This document shows positions 20,206-28,912 of a stretch of DNA of 64,000 nt, one piece after another. A program made the position numbers and the translations under genes. Position 1 is the stretch's first letter; each line of letters begins with the position of its first letter. The DNA comes from an uncultured Acidobacteriota bacterium (GTDB taxonomy: Bacteria > Acidobacteriota > Polarisedimenticolia > J045), in contig CAVPCQ010000018.1 of the NCBI GenBank assembly GCA_963702425.1, positions 1-64,000 of the forward strand. The letters run 5' to 3'. The notes under the pieces are model-generated. The model was given only the letters and a program-made list of their open reading frames with translations. It searched no databases and was not told the origin of the DNA.

Positions 20206-20483
20206 GAGGATAAGCGGACTGGCCCGCTTGTGATCGGGGGCTGAGGGTAGCTCCGGCGAGCCGGGACGGGGCTGACCGCGGGCTGAGATCGAGTCAGGGG
20301 TAATCAGGGTTCCGCTTCGACGCCGGACCGGCGGGCCGAGGCTGCGGGTGGCGGTCGGGCCGGCAAGCCGAGGCACTCCAGGATCGCGGCGGCGTCGTCG
20401 GGCGGGTGGTTCGCAGCGAGGATCTTCATCGGCGCGTGACAGCGCAAGCAGCGGAGGTCGTCCAGGGCGAACACTCAGCGCAG
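20206..20483 (-). mobile_element. IS91/ISCR-family 3' end relic, type B copy 1
   Basis: Minus strand LR*VFALDDLRCLRCHAPMKILAANHPPDDAAAILECLGLPARPP; terminal ~120 bp repeated at 27367-27490. Confidence 0.8.
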
Positions 20484-20603
20484 TCACTCGTCGGAATGGT
20501 ACTTGTTGAGCAGCGACACGGACGGAGATATGGCGAGGTACAGCCGGGATTCGGCGTCTCGGGCCGCCGAAGGCGGAGACCGGCTCGCCGGGGCCGCTCT
20601 CGC

Positions 20604-20700
20604 TCCCTGACTCGCCCGCGGCCGCCTGTTCGTCCCCTCGTCCTTGCCGTCGGTGCTACCCTGAGCGCGCGCTGAAACGAGGGCCATTCCCCTTCTCCTC
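20604..20700 (+). mobile_element. IS91/ISCR-family end relic, type B diverged copy in inverted orientation
   Basis: GGTGCTACCCTGAGCGCGCGCTGAAACGAGGGCCATTCCCCTTCTCCTC aligns to GGTGCTACCCTCAGCCCGCGATGAAAGGCGGGCCATTCCGCTTATCCTC (reverse complement of the 27367 copy). Confidence 0.7.
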
Positions 20701-20767
20701 CGGTGGTGAGGTGGGTTGCTTAAATGATCGAGGTCTTGTGCCGTGACGGGGCCACGGGGGGCAGGTC

Positions 20768-21835
20768 ATGAACAGGAGCATTCCGCTCATCCTACTCGTG
20801 CTGTCAACGAGTGTCGCCAGCCGCGCCGAGGAGGTCGTCGTTCCCCTGCCGAGCCTTCAGGGCCACTACGACACGACGCAGCAGCCGTTGCGGCAGGATC
20901 ACGCTGACGCCGGGCTGACGTTCTACGCGGTGTATGGAGCGCGCATTCACCTCGCTGGCGAGGCCAGCGGCGTATTCGGCTATGAGGATGGGGGCGAGTG
21001 TGAGTCGCAGACGTGGTTCGTGCTCGGGTCCTACTTCTCGTCCTTGCTGCTCGAGGGTGAGTTGTGGAATGCGAATGCCCACACGGATGCCTACGGCGAG
21101 TGGACCTACCCGGACCCCGAGCCCTTCGACACCGCGCGTCCGTACAATCTCCGGTACGGGAGGAACTGGGGCTTTCTCCTCGACGGCCAGGCGGACGTGA
21201 GGATCGAGTTGTCGAACAGCTACGAGGGGTTCTGCCAGTTCTTCCCCACCGCGGGAACTTCCCAGGGCGTCCTCGATGCCATCGAGCTTCTGATCTCCGG
21301 CCAACGGATGGGAGACTTCGACGCCGACGGCGACGTCGATGCGTCCGACGCCGCGGGCTTCGAGGGCTGCTACACCGGCATCGGGGGCACCGCTCCTGCC
21401 GTATGCGGTCCGGGGGATTTCGATCGCGACGGAGACGTCGACTGCACGGACCACGATCGCTTCGTCGCGGCGTGGACGGGCGAGGGCACGCCACCGCCGT
21501 TGCCCGCGTGCGTGTTCCCGACGCTCTCCGTGAACGCGGCCTCGCTCTCGTGGACCTCCGTCGAGCCGGCCCTCGCGTACGATGTCGTCCAGGGTTCGGT
21601 GACCGCGCTGCTCGAGACGGCCGGGGACTTCGCGGCCGCCGTCGATCTCTGCGTGGCCGATAATCACCCCCTGCTCGTCCTCGAACACACCGGCCGGCCG
21701 GACGCCGGCGAGGCGCTGTGGCTTCTCGTGCGCGCCGTGACGCCGACAGATGCGCTCACCTACGACACGCTGCGCGCTTCCCAGGTGGGCTCGCGGGACG
21801 CGGAGATCGAGAGCTCGACGCAGGCCTGTCCGTAG
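20768..21835 (+). CDS. Secreted protein with dockerin-like double Ca-binding repeat and shared C-terminal domain
   Basis: Signal peptide; GDFDADGDVDASD and GDFDRDGDVDCTD; ends QVGSRDAEIESSTQACP. Confidence 0.85.
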   Translation: MNRSIPLILLVLSTSVASRAEEVVVPLPSLQGHYDTTQQPLRQDHADAGLTFYAVYGARIHLAGEASGVFGYEDGGECESQTWFVLGSYFSSLLLEGELWNANAHTDAYGEWTYPDPEPFDTARPYNLRYGRNWGFLLDGQADVRIELSNSYEGFCQFFPTAGTSQGVLDAIELLISGQRMGDFDADGDVDASDAAGFEGCYTGIGGTAPAVCGPGDFDRDGDVDCTDHDRFVAAWTGEGTPPPLPACVFPTLSVNAASLSWTSVEPALAYDVVQGSVTALLETAGDFAAAVDLCVADNHPLLVLEHTGRPDAGEALWLLVRAVTPTDALTYDTLRASQVGSRDAEIESSTQACP

Positions 21836-21958
21836 TGTGAACAGCCCGGGAACTGCACAGCTCCGAGGGCGGTGGGTTTCGGTCCCGATGGCGACTCGGA
21901 CGAAGACCTCGCCCATCGGCACCGCGTCGCAGGCCCGTCTGCGAGTCCGAAAACGGCC

Positions 21959-22724
21959 TGTGGTTCGCCAGAATCGAATTCACGCGTCGGCATGACTGAT
22001 GCCTCGGTGAATGGCGGGGCGAGGGAGACACGCACTCGGCGATGATGCGGCGGCCGCGGCAGATCGGTCGAGCGAGAGCGTCAGGCTGCCGGACGCCAGC
22101 CGTACCGGTGATGAAGTCCGCCAAGGCGAGGTCGAGCGATGACCTCGGCCGCTGGATCGACGGGACGCCGGGGCATGAAGCGAGAGACTGTGCGTTCGGA
22201 GACCTCCAGGCCGAGTTTCTGGAGCTCGCCGTGGATGCGCGGCGCTCCCCACGCTGGATTCTCGGCCGCCATCCGGTGGACGAGAGCTCGGATGTCGGCC
22301 GTTGTGCTCGGGCGTCCAGCGTGGCGCCGCGATGTCCAGCGCCAGTACCGTCTGAAGCCTTCGCGATGCCAGCGCATGACGGTTGCGAGCTGAACGATGG
22401 CGAGGGCCTCCTCCCAGCGGGGCCACCCGCGGCGTAGGGCCAGCCAGAGAAGGCGGTCGATGACGAGAAGGCGGGGCCGAGGATTCTTCCGCTGGAGGAC
22501 GGCAAGCTGCTGGCGGAGCGCGAGGTTCTCGCTCACGAGGTCGGCGCGGCTGGCGAAGATCGCGAATAGAGTCCGGACGACGGCAAGGAGGCGGTTGAAC
22601 GCCCACGCACGATGACGGCGGCACGGACGGAGGGCAACCGGGCTAGTCCGCCGGCGAGTCGGGTATCCTGCATAGGAACGCAACTCGTTGAAGGGTAGGG
22701 CTGACGGGGTCATGGCGAGGGACA
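21959..22724 (-). mobile_element. Internally deleted integrase-core (rve DDE, IS481/IS3-like) IS; non-autonomous
   Basis: Imperfect terminal IRs TGTCCCTCGCCATGACC / TGTGGTTCGCCAGAATC; N-terminal ENLALRQQL...WGAPRIHGELQKLG fused directly to C-terminal LGGLHHRY; catalytic core missing. Confidence 0.8.
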
Positions 22725-22791
22725 GGCGGCTGGTGTGTCCGGTCCGGACCCTTCGCGCGCAAAACCACATCTCCTCGATTAGACTCTGCGC

Positions 22792-23556
22792 GTGAGTTTC
22801 TTCGACCAACGCAGCCTTTCCCTCATCCCCCGCCGAACCCGCAAGTGGGTTCTTGCGGTGCTCTTGGCAACGACCGCAGGTTCGTTGGCGCTGGCAGTCA
22901 GCCTCGCCCTGCGAGGTGTGAGCGATCCGTTGGTATCGGTGACGCTAACCACCTTCCAGACGAGCGCATTCGCCACCGCTTTCTGGTTGGTCTTCATGAT
23001 TGGGCAGAAGGCCCAAAGCCGGGAGGACCTGCTTGGCCAAATCTCCGAAGTATTGCTCGTCGAACTGCCATCGAGCATTCGCTCTTACTCGATGCAGGAG
23101 CCTAAACTCGAAGTGATTGGTGGCAGGCACCGTCAAGCCCCGCCTTCGAACATCAGCGAGTTCAAGATCGCGCACGCGCGCGGCACTACAACTGCGGTCT
23201 ACGAAATGACGTGGTTCATGCAGCCGATCCGGATGTATATCCAAATGAACGTGACGCGCATCTCTGTGGTGTACATGCTGCCGGAGTCTACGAACGCCAG
23301 GTTCTCGGAGATGTTCTCGTCGACCATCATTGGGGCGAAATCCGCGGGGTGGGACGTTCACGAATACGGTGTGCAGAAGAGCCACTACTGGAACGAGGAA
23401 GCAAGCTTTGCCGAACTCGCGGCACTGCGCATGATGAACGACGAGTTTCTCCACGATCCAATCCAGCGTCTCTTCATCACCAACGACATTGCTGCGATGA
23501 CACTGTCCGTCGCTGTCAGCTGGCATCGGTGGACACAGCGTCAAACGGCCCGGTGA
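22792..23556 (+). CDS. Hypothetical protein with two N-terminal TM segments
   Basis: 254-aa ORF, two hydrophobic stretches, visibly lower GC than flanks. Confidence 0.65.
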   Translation: MSFFDQRSLSLIPRRTRKWVLAVLLATTAGSLALAVSLALRGVSDPLVSVTLTTFQTSAFATAFWLVFMIGQKAQSREDLLGQISEVLLVELPSSIRSYSMQEPKLEVIGGRHRQAPPSNISEFKIAHARGTTTAVYEMTWFMQPIRMYIQMNVTRISVVYMLPESTNARFSEMFSSTIIGAKSAGWDVHEYGVQKSHYWNEEASFAELAALRMMNDEFLHDPIQRLFITNDIAAMTLSVAVSWHRWTQRQTAR

Positions 23557-23608
23557 CGCTGCGTCCGGCCGCCGTGCCAGCGCTGCTGCCCCAAAGTACC
23601 GGCCGCCG

Positions 23609-24496
23609 TTACGGCTCGTCCGGAATGTCACCGGCGTAGAGGCGGGGCAGCAGCCAGGGCTTCTTCGCCAGCAGTTGCGCGATAGGCGGATGGACGTCGC
23701 TCCCTTTGCGCGCCTGCGCAGGAGTCTCGGGCCACACGAACGGCAGTTCGACGTAGGTATCCGGCGATTCGGCGGTGACGAGTAGCTCGAGTAACGCGGC
23801 CAGCACTCGACGCTGTCCCTCGGCGTCGCCGGGGCGCCCGATGGGCCGCGACATCGGATAGCCCAGGCCTGCCAGCCGGGACACGCCGACGGCGCGAGTG
23901 AAATCGGGGATCATCGACAACGACACGCTGGGGATGCCCGCCGCCTCGAGCACGCGCTGCACCAGTCCCACGGACCGGCAGCAGTAGGGTCAGGCCGGCA
24001 CGAGGGCGGCAGCATCGACGCCCTGTGCCCGCATCTCGCGCGCGATCGCCGGAGCGGTCTCCTGCTCGAGTGCCCCCGTCCGCAGCTGATACCCCATGAT
24101 CGAGTAGTGCCTGTCCGCAGGGCGTCGGATGATGCCCTGCGCCGCCAGCTCGGCCAGGCGCCGCATCGGCAGCACGACGTCGAGGTCCTGCTCGCCGAAT
24201 CTGCGGTCGATGTGCAGGTGGTGCAGCGCGACGTCGTTCTCGGTGGCGCTCTGGGGGATAGTTCGGTACGTCGGGTCGCCCCACCAGGGGTTAGCCCGCT
24301 CTCCGTCCTGGTCGAACGGCTCGTCGTTCCTGCAGGCAACGCCCGCGGTGGTCACCAGAGCGATCGTGCACCCGGCGAGCGGCTTCGTCATGGGCGCCCA
24401 CGGGATGGGGCGTCCCCCACGTGCCTCGCGACTGACCCAGGCTTTGATGATCTGCCGCGTGGCGAAATCGAGGAACCGGTACGAGTCGATGGCCAT
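23609..24496 (-). CDS. Selenoprotein of the glycine/betaine/D-proline reductase B family (PrdB/GrdB-like), Sec at TGA 23992-23990
   Basis: ORFs 23990..24529 and 23609..23971 are in frame: VDAAALVPA-U-PYCCRSVGLVQRVLEAAGIPSV (UxxC); IALVTTAGV, GDPTYRTIP and DLDVVLP family motifs; GGAGG before ATG 24496. Confidence 0.88.
23956..23983 (-). promoter_or_regulatory. Bacterial SECIS-like hairpin
   Basis: GCUGC-CGGUCC-GUG-GGACUG-GU-GCAGC; apical loop begins with G 18 nt after the UGA; 3' GU bulge. Confidence 0.7.
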
Positions 24497-24583
24497 CGCA
24501 CGCCTCCAGGGCCGCGTCGATCCTGACATGACCCGAGCGGCCGTGTCGATGCGGCACAGGCTCCGCGCGTCGTTCCGCCGCGG

Positions 24584-25638
24584 TGTCGCTCGCCATAACC
24601 CCGTCCGCCCTACCCTTCAACGAGTTGCGTTCCGATGCAGGATACCCGACTCACCGGCGGACGAGCCCGGTTGCCCCTCCGGCCGTACCGCCAGCATCGT
24701 GCGTGGATGCCCAACCGCCTCCTTGTGGTCGTCCGGACTCCCGACGCGATCTTCGCCAGCCGCGCCGACCTCGTGAGCGAGAACCTCGCGCTCCGCCAGC
24801 AGCTTGCCGTCCTCCAGCGGAAGAATCCTCGGCCCCGCCTTCTCGTCATCGACCGCCTTCTCTGGCTGGCCCTACGCCGCGGGTGGCCCCGCTGGGAGGA
24901 GGCCCTCGCCATCGTTCAGCTCGCAACCGTCATGCGCTGGCATCGCGAAGGCTTCAGACGGTACTGGCGCTGGACATCGCGGCGCCACGCTGGACGCCCG
25001 AGCACAACGGCCGACATCCGAGCTCTCATCCACCGGATGGCGGCCGAGAATCCAGCGTGGGGAGCGCCGCGCATCCACGGCGAGCTCCAGAAACTCGGCC
25101 TGGAGCTCTCCGAACGCACCGTCTCGCGCTCCATGCCCCCGGCGCCGGGCCCATCCCGACGAACGGCAACGATGGCGCACCTTTCATGCCAACCACCGCG
25201 AGGTCATCGCCGCGATCGATGTCTTTACGGTCCCCACCGTCATTTTCCGGGTGCTTTACGTCTTCTTCGTCATCCATCACGCGCGACGAATGCTGATCCA
25301 CGCCGGTGTCACAGAGCAGCCGACGGCGGCCTGGATCACGCAACAACTCCGCGAGGCGTTCCCCTACGACCAGGCGCCGCGCTACCTGATCCTCGACCGT
25401 GACGCCAAGTACGGCCACGAGGTCCCCGCCGCAATCCGCCGCATGGGAGTGTGCCCGAAGCAGATCACCGCGCGCAGCCCGTGTACTCTTGCGGAAGGCA
25501 GGCCGCCGCCATCTCTGTCTACCGGTGGGCATGACCGTCGCCGATACACGCGGGGGCGCGTTCGGCCGGCGACTCTGCCTCCCATTCCGAGCCGGGTGGG
25601 CCATCAGCAATGCGCGGACTCGATCTTGGCGAAGGACC
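24584..25638 (+). mobile_element. Decayed integrase-core IS, second copy, inverted relative to 21959-22724
   Basis: About 560 bp nearly identical to the reverse complement of 22165-22724; frameshift near 25140; IDVFTV...RYLILDRDAKYG core broken after ARSP; degenerate right end GATCTTGGCGAAGGAC. Confidence 0.8.
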
Positions 25639-25693
25639 CCCGGCAGCGATCGCGGTAGGGGCGCCGGGCAACCGGCGTCCCTACCGCGATCCC

Positions 25694-25789
25694 ATGTCCC
25701 ACCGCGAGCGGATGATGGAGAAGCTCGACATCCACTCCCGGACCGACCTGATCAAGTTCGCGCTCAAGCGAGGCGTGATCCGGGTCTGA
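25694..25789 (+). pseudogene. LuxR HTH C-terminal remnant
   Basis: SHRERMMEKLDIHSRTDLIKFALKRGVIRV* next to the IS end. Confidence 0.7.
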
Positions 25790-25809
25790 CGGCGGAGATG
25801 TCGCGTCGG

Positions 25810-27327
25810 TCAGCGCGGCTGGCGTAGTCGAACCGTCCCCTCGCAGTAGTCGATCGTCAGTTCCAGGTGCTGCAGCGCCGACATGCCCAGGACGCCGCCG
25901 ATTCGAAACCCGCACGTGTCCCCCTGGGGTTTCAGGTCGATCGCCACCAGGCTCGCGTTGCGCTGCCGGAATGCCCCGAAGACCAGATCGACGTCAAGGG
26001 CCTTGGATACCGACCGGACGCGTCCCTGGACGCCGTAAACCCTCGTTCCATCGCGGTAGACCTCGGCGACCTCGGAGGCCACCCCCGAATCGATGAGGTT
26101 CATTTCCGCCCCCGAATCGATCAGGAAGAGCTCCGCGTCCCGTTCGCCAGCCCGCGTCGGAATCGCGAGGAGATGCTTCCACCGGGCCACTCGGTGATAC
26201 CCCGCGGAAACCGGACCTGCATCGTTGGGTACGGCCGGATCCCGGTGACACGCGCTGGTCGCCGCTTCCAGAATCAGCTTGCGGCCGACAAAGTCCACCC
26301 GCACCAGGAACTGGTTGAAGAGGTCGGTCCCGATCAGGCCGTCGACGATCCCCCCCTTGACGCCGCCGAAAGCGTCGATGGGGACATCCGCGAAGGCGAC
26401 ATCGCCGATGCGGACGCCCGAGGCGACATACCGGGTGCCGCGACGCAGCGGCCCGTCCCCGATGCCCCCCGCCTTGAACTCCGAGGCCGGGACCGCAAGC
26501 AGCCCCGCCTTCTTGGCCGCTGACGGTGAGACGCAGATCCCGCTCGCCCCGGTATCGAGAAGAAGCCGTAACGGTTTGCCACCGTTCAGACTCACTCGGA
26601 GCCCGAACCCGAACGGCGATTCGGGCCGGTCTCCCATCGGCACGAGGTCGACGGTCGAGGTACGGTACGGCGTGACCAGACGCCCAAACCGGCCGAGCTT
26701 CGCCAAAGTGATGGTGGAGAGGTACTGCCCGTCCGAGCTGTCCGGCGCCGCGCTGGGGTCGAGCATTCCCGCAGCTTCGTCCATCACCCGAGCTGCCTCG
26801 CTGGACTCGAGGAACACGGAGGCCGCGAAGATCGCTTCCGGATCATCCGGAGCGACTTCCCGGGCGCGAAACGCCAGCCGCCGAGCCGACATGAATCGCG
26901 ACATCGCCGATTCGACCGCGCCGAGACCCAGCAGCGCTCCCGCATGGTCGGGGTCGATGGCGAGCGCCGCTCGAAAGCGGTCCTCCGCCTGGGCCAGGTC
27001 CCCCATTCGGTGCTCCGCCATCCCGGCGGCCGCGAGAGCCCCCGCCGAGCCGGGAGCCCGCTCGTGCCCTTGTCTCGCCACGGCGAGGGCCTGTCTCGGG
27101 CGGCCCGAGCGGATGAGCGCACGGACGAGCCCGTAGTACGCCTCCCCGTCTTCGGGTTGCCTCTCGAGGGCCCCGGAGTAGAGAGCTGCGGCCCGCTCGT
27201 ACCGACCCGCCATGAGTTCCCGGCGCGCCTCGGTGAGGTTGTCGGCGGCGCCGGACGGAGCGGCGAGAATGGCGGTCACGAGGAGCGTCGGCGCCGCGGT
27301 CAGCAAACGCTGGATCTTCGACGGCAT
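25810..27327 (-). CDS. Secreted TPR protein with two retropepsin-like aspartyl protease domains
   Basis: GGAGG before ATG 27327; signal peptide; TPRs; LLLDTGAS...DGLIG and FLIDSGA...GGVLG. Confidence 0.85.
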   Translation of the reverse strand: MPSKIQRLLTAAPTLLVTAILAAPSGAADNLTEARRELMAGRYERAAALYSGALERQPEDGEAYYGLVRALIRSGRPRQALAVARQGHERAPGSAGALAAAGMAEHRMGDLAQAEDRFRAALAIDPDHAGALLGLGAVESAMSRFMSARRLAFRAREVAPDDPEAIFAASVFLESSEAARVMDEAAGMLDPSAAPDSSDGQYLSTITLAKLGRFGRLVTPYRTSTVDLVPMGDRPESPFGFGLRVSLNGGKPLRLLLDTGASGICVSPSAAKKAGLLAVPASEFKAGGIGDGPLRRGTRYVASGVRIGDVAFADVPIDAFGGVKGGIVDGLIGTDLFNQFLVRVDFVGRKLILEAATSACHRDPAVPNDAGPVSAGYHRVARWKHLLAIPTRAGERDAELFLIDSGAEMNLIDSGVASEVAEVYRDGTRVYGVQGRVRSVSKALDVDLVFGAFRQRNASLVAIDLKPQGDTCGFRIGGVLGMSALQHLELTIDYCEGTVRLRQPR

Positions 27328-27366
27328 CGGGATCGCCTCCCATGTCGGTCGCCGGCGATTCTCGTC

Positions 27367-27490
27367 GAGGATAAGCGGAATGGCCCGCCTTTCATCGCGG
27401 GCTGAGGGTAGCACCGGCGAGCCGGGACGGGGCTGACCGCGGGCTGAGATCGAGTCAGGGGCAATCAGGGTTCCGCTTCGACGCCGGGCC
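27367..27490 (-). mobile_element. IS91/ISCR-family 3' end relic, type B copy 2
   Basis: Direct repeat of 20206-20327 (GAGGATAAGCGGA...CAGGGTTCCGCTTCGACGCCGG). Confidence 0.75.
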
Positions 27491-27613
27491 GACCGCTCCG
27501 CGACCGCGGCCGGCCGAGCCCGGTTCGCGGACACCCAGAAGCCGGCCCTCGAGCGCCGGCGCGTGCGGCCGAGCCCGAGGTGGCGCCGGCGACGGAGAGA
27601 CGCTGAATGGAGG

Positions 27614-28816
27614 TCACGTCCCCGGCATCAGCAGCAGGAACACCTTGATCACGATCGCGTTGGCGACGTCGAGGAAGAACGCGCCGACGATCGGCACCAG
27701 CAGGAAGGCCAGGGGCGCGCGCCCGAAACGGTTGGTCACCGCCTGCATGTTGGCGATCGCCGTCGGCGTCGCGCCCAGCCCGAAGCCGCAGTGACCGGCC
27801 GCCAGCACCGCAGCGTCGTAGTTGCGCCCCATCACGCGGAAGGTGACGAAGATCGCGTAGCACGCCATCAGCGTGGCCTGGGCCGCGAGCAGGACGAGGA
27901 TCGGCAGCGCCAGCGAGCCCAGCTCCCAAAGCCGCAGTGACATCAGCGCCATGATCAGGAACAGCGCCAGGCAGACGTTCCCCAGCACCGAGACCGCGCG
28001 GTCGAAGACCTCGTACCAGCCCAGCGCGGCCAGCGCGTTGCGCAGCACGACGCCGACCAGCAGCACGCAGACGAACGACGGCAGCTCCAGTACCCCGCCG
28101 CGCAGCCAGGCCGCCAGCAGCGTGCCGAAGAAGACGCAGACCGAGAAGAGCGCCAGCGTCTCGATCACCGCCGGTGCGGTGATCAGCCGCTCCTCTGCCG
28201 GCCGCTCGAAGCCGCTGACCTTCTCGCCCTCGTGGAGGCCAGGCACCTTCACGCCGCGCAGCAGCACGCGCGCCACCGGCCCGCCGATCAGCCCGCCCAG
28301 GATCAGGCCGAAGGTCGCCGAGGCCAGCGCGGCCTCCGGCGCGTTGGCGAGGCCGAAGCGCTCCGCGAAGACCTTGCCCCAGGCGGCGCCGGTGCCGTGG
28401 CCGCCCGAGAGGGTGATCGACCCGGCCAGCAGGCCCATCGCCGGGTGCAGTCCCAGCAGCTTCGCGATGAGCATCCCCATCGCGTCCTGCACGATCAGCA
28501 GCCCGACCACGACGGCGAGGAAGATCGCCAGGCTGCGCCCCCCCTTGCGCAGGCTCGCGAGATCGGCGTTGAGCCCGATCGAGGCGAAGAAGATCAGCAT
28601 GAACAGGTCCTGGCGGCTGGTGTCGAAGCGGACGTCGAACCCGGCGAAGAGGTGGATCGCCAGCGTGATCAGCGCGACCAGCAGTCCGCCGACGACCGGC
28701 TCCGGGATGCTGAAGGCGTTGAGCACCCGGACCCGCGCCACCAGCACGCGGCCGACGATCAGCGCCACGCAGCCGATGAAGAAGGTGACGTAGAACTCGG
28801 ACCCGAACGTCGACAT
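27614..28816 (-). CDS. gltS: Sodium/glutamate symporter
   Basis: IPEPVVGG, FFASIGLNA, GSITLSGGHGTGAAWG, GHCGFGLGATPTAIANMQAVT; start ATG 28816. Confidence 0.95.
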   Translation of the reverse strand: MSTFGSEFYVTFFIGCVALIVGRVLVARVRVLNAFSIPEPVVGGLLVALITLAIHLFAGFDVRFDTSRQDLFMLIFFASIGLNADLASLRKGGRSLAIFLAVVVGLLIVQDAMGMLIAKLLGLHPAMGLLAGSITLSGGHGTGAAWGKVFAERFGLANAPEAALASATFGLILGGLIGGPVARVLLRGVKVPGLHEGEKVSGFERPAEERLITAPAVIETLALFSVCVFFGTLLAAWLRGGVLELPSFVCVLLVGVVLRNALAALGWYEVFDRAVSVLGNVCLALFLIMALMSLRLWELGSLALPILVLLAAQATLMACYAIFVTFRVMGRNYDAAVLAAGHCGFGLGATPTAIANMQAVTNRFGRAPLAFLLVPIVGAFFLDVANAIVIKVFLLLMPGT

Positions 28817-28912
28817 GGGATCTCCGGCGGAGGATTGTCGGCGAACACCGCCTGCCGGGTCAATAAGAGTTGCGGCTTCCGCCGTCCCGGGCCCCGCTGG
28901 TAGCATCGCACC

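Noticed and set aside
20475-20477. In-frame TGA in the IS91 relic as recoding
   Set aside because: Aligns to an Arg position (CGA to TGA) in a decayed transposase tail; a nonsense mutation, not Sec.
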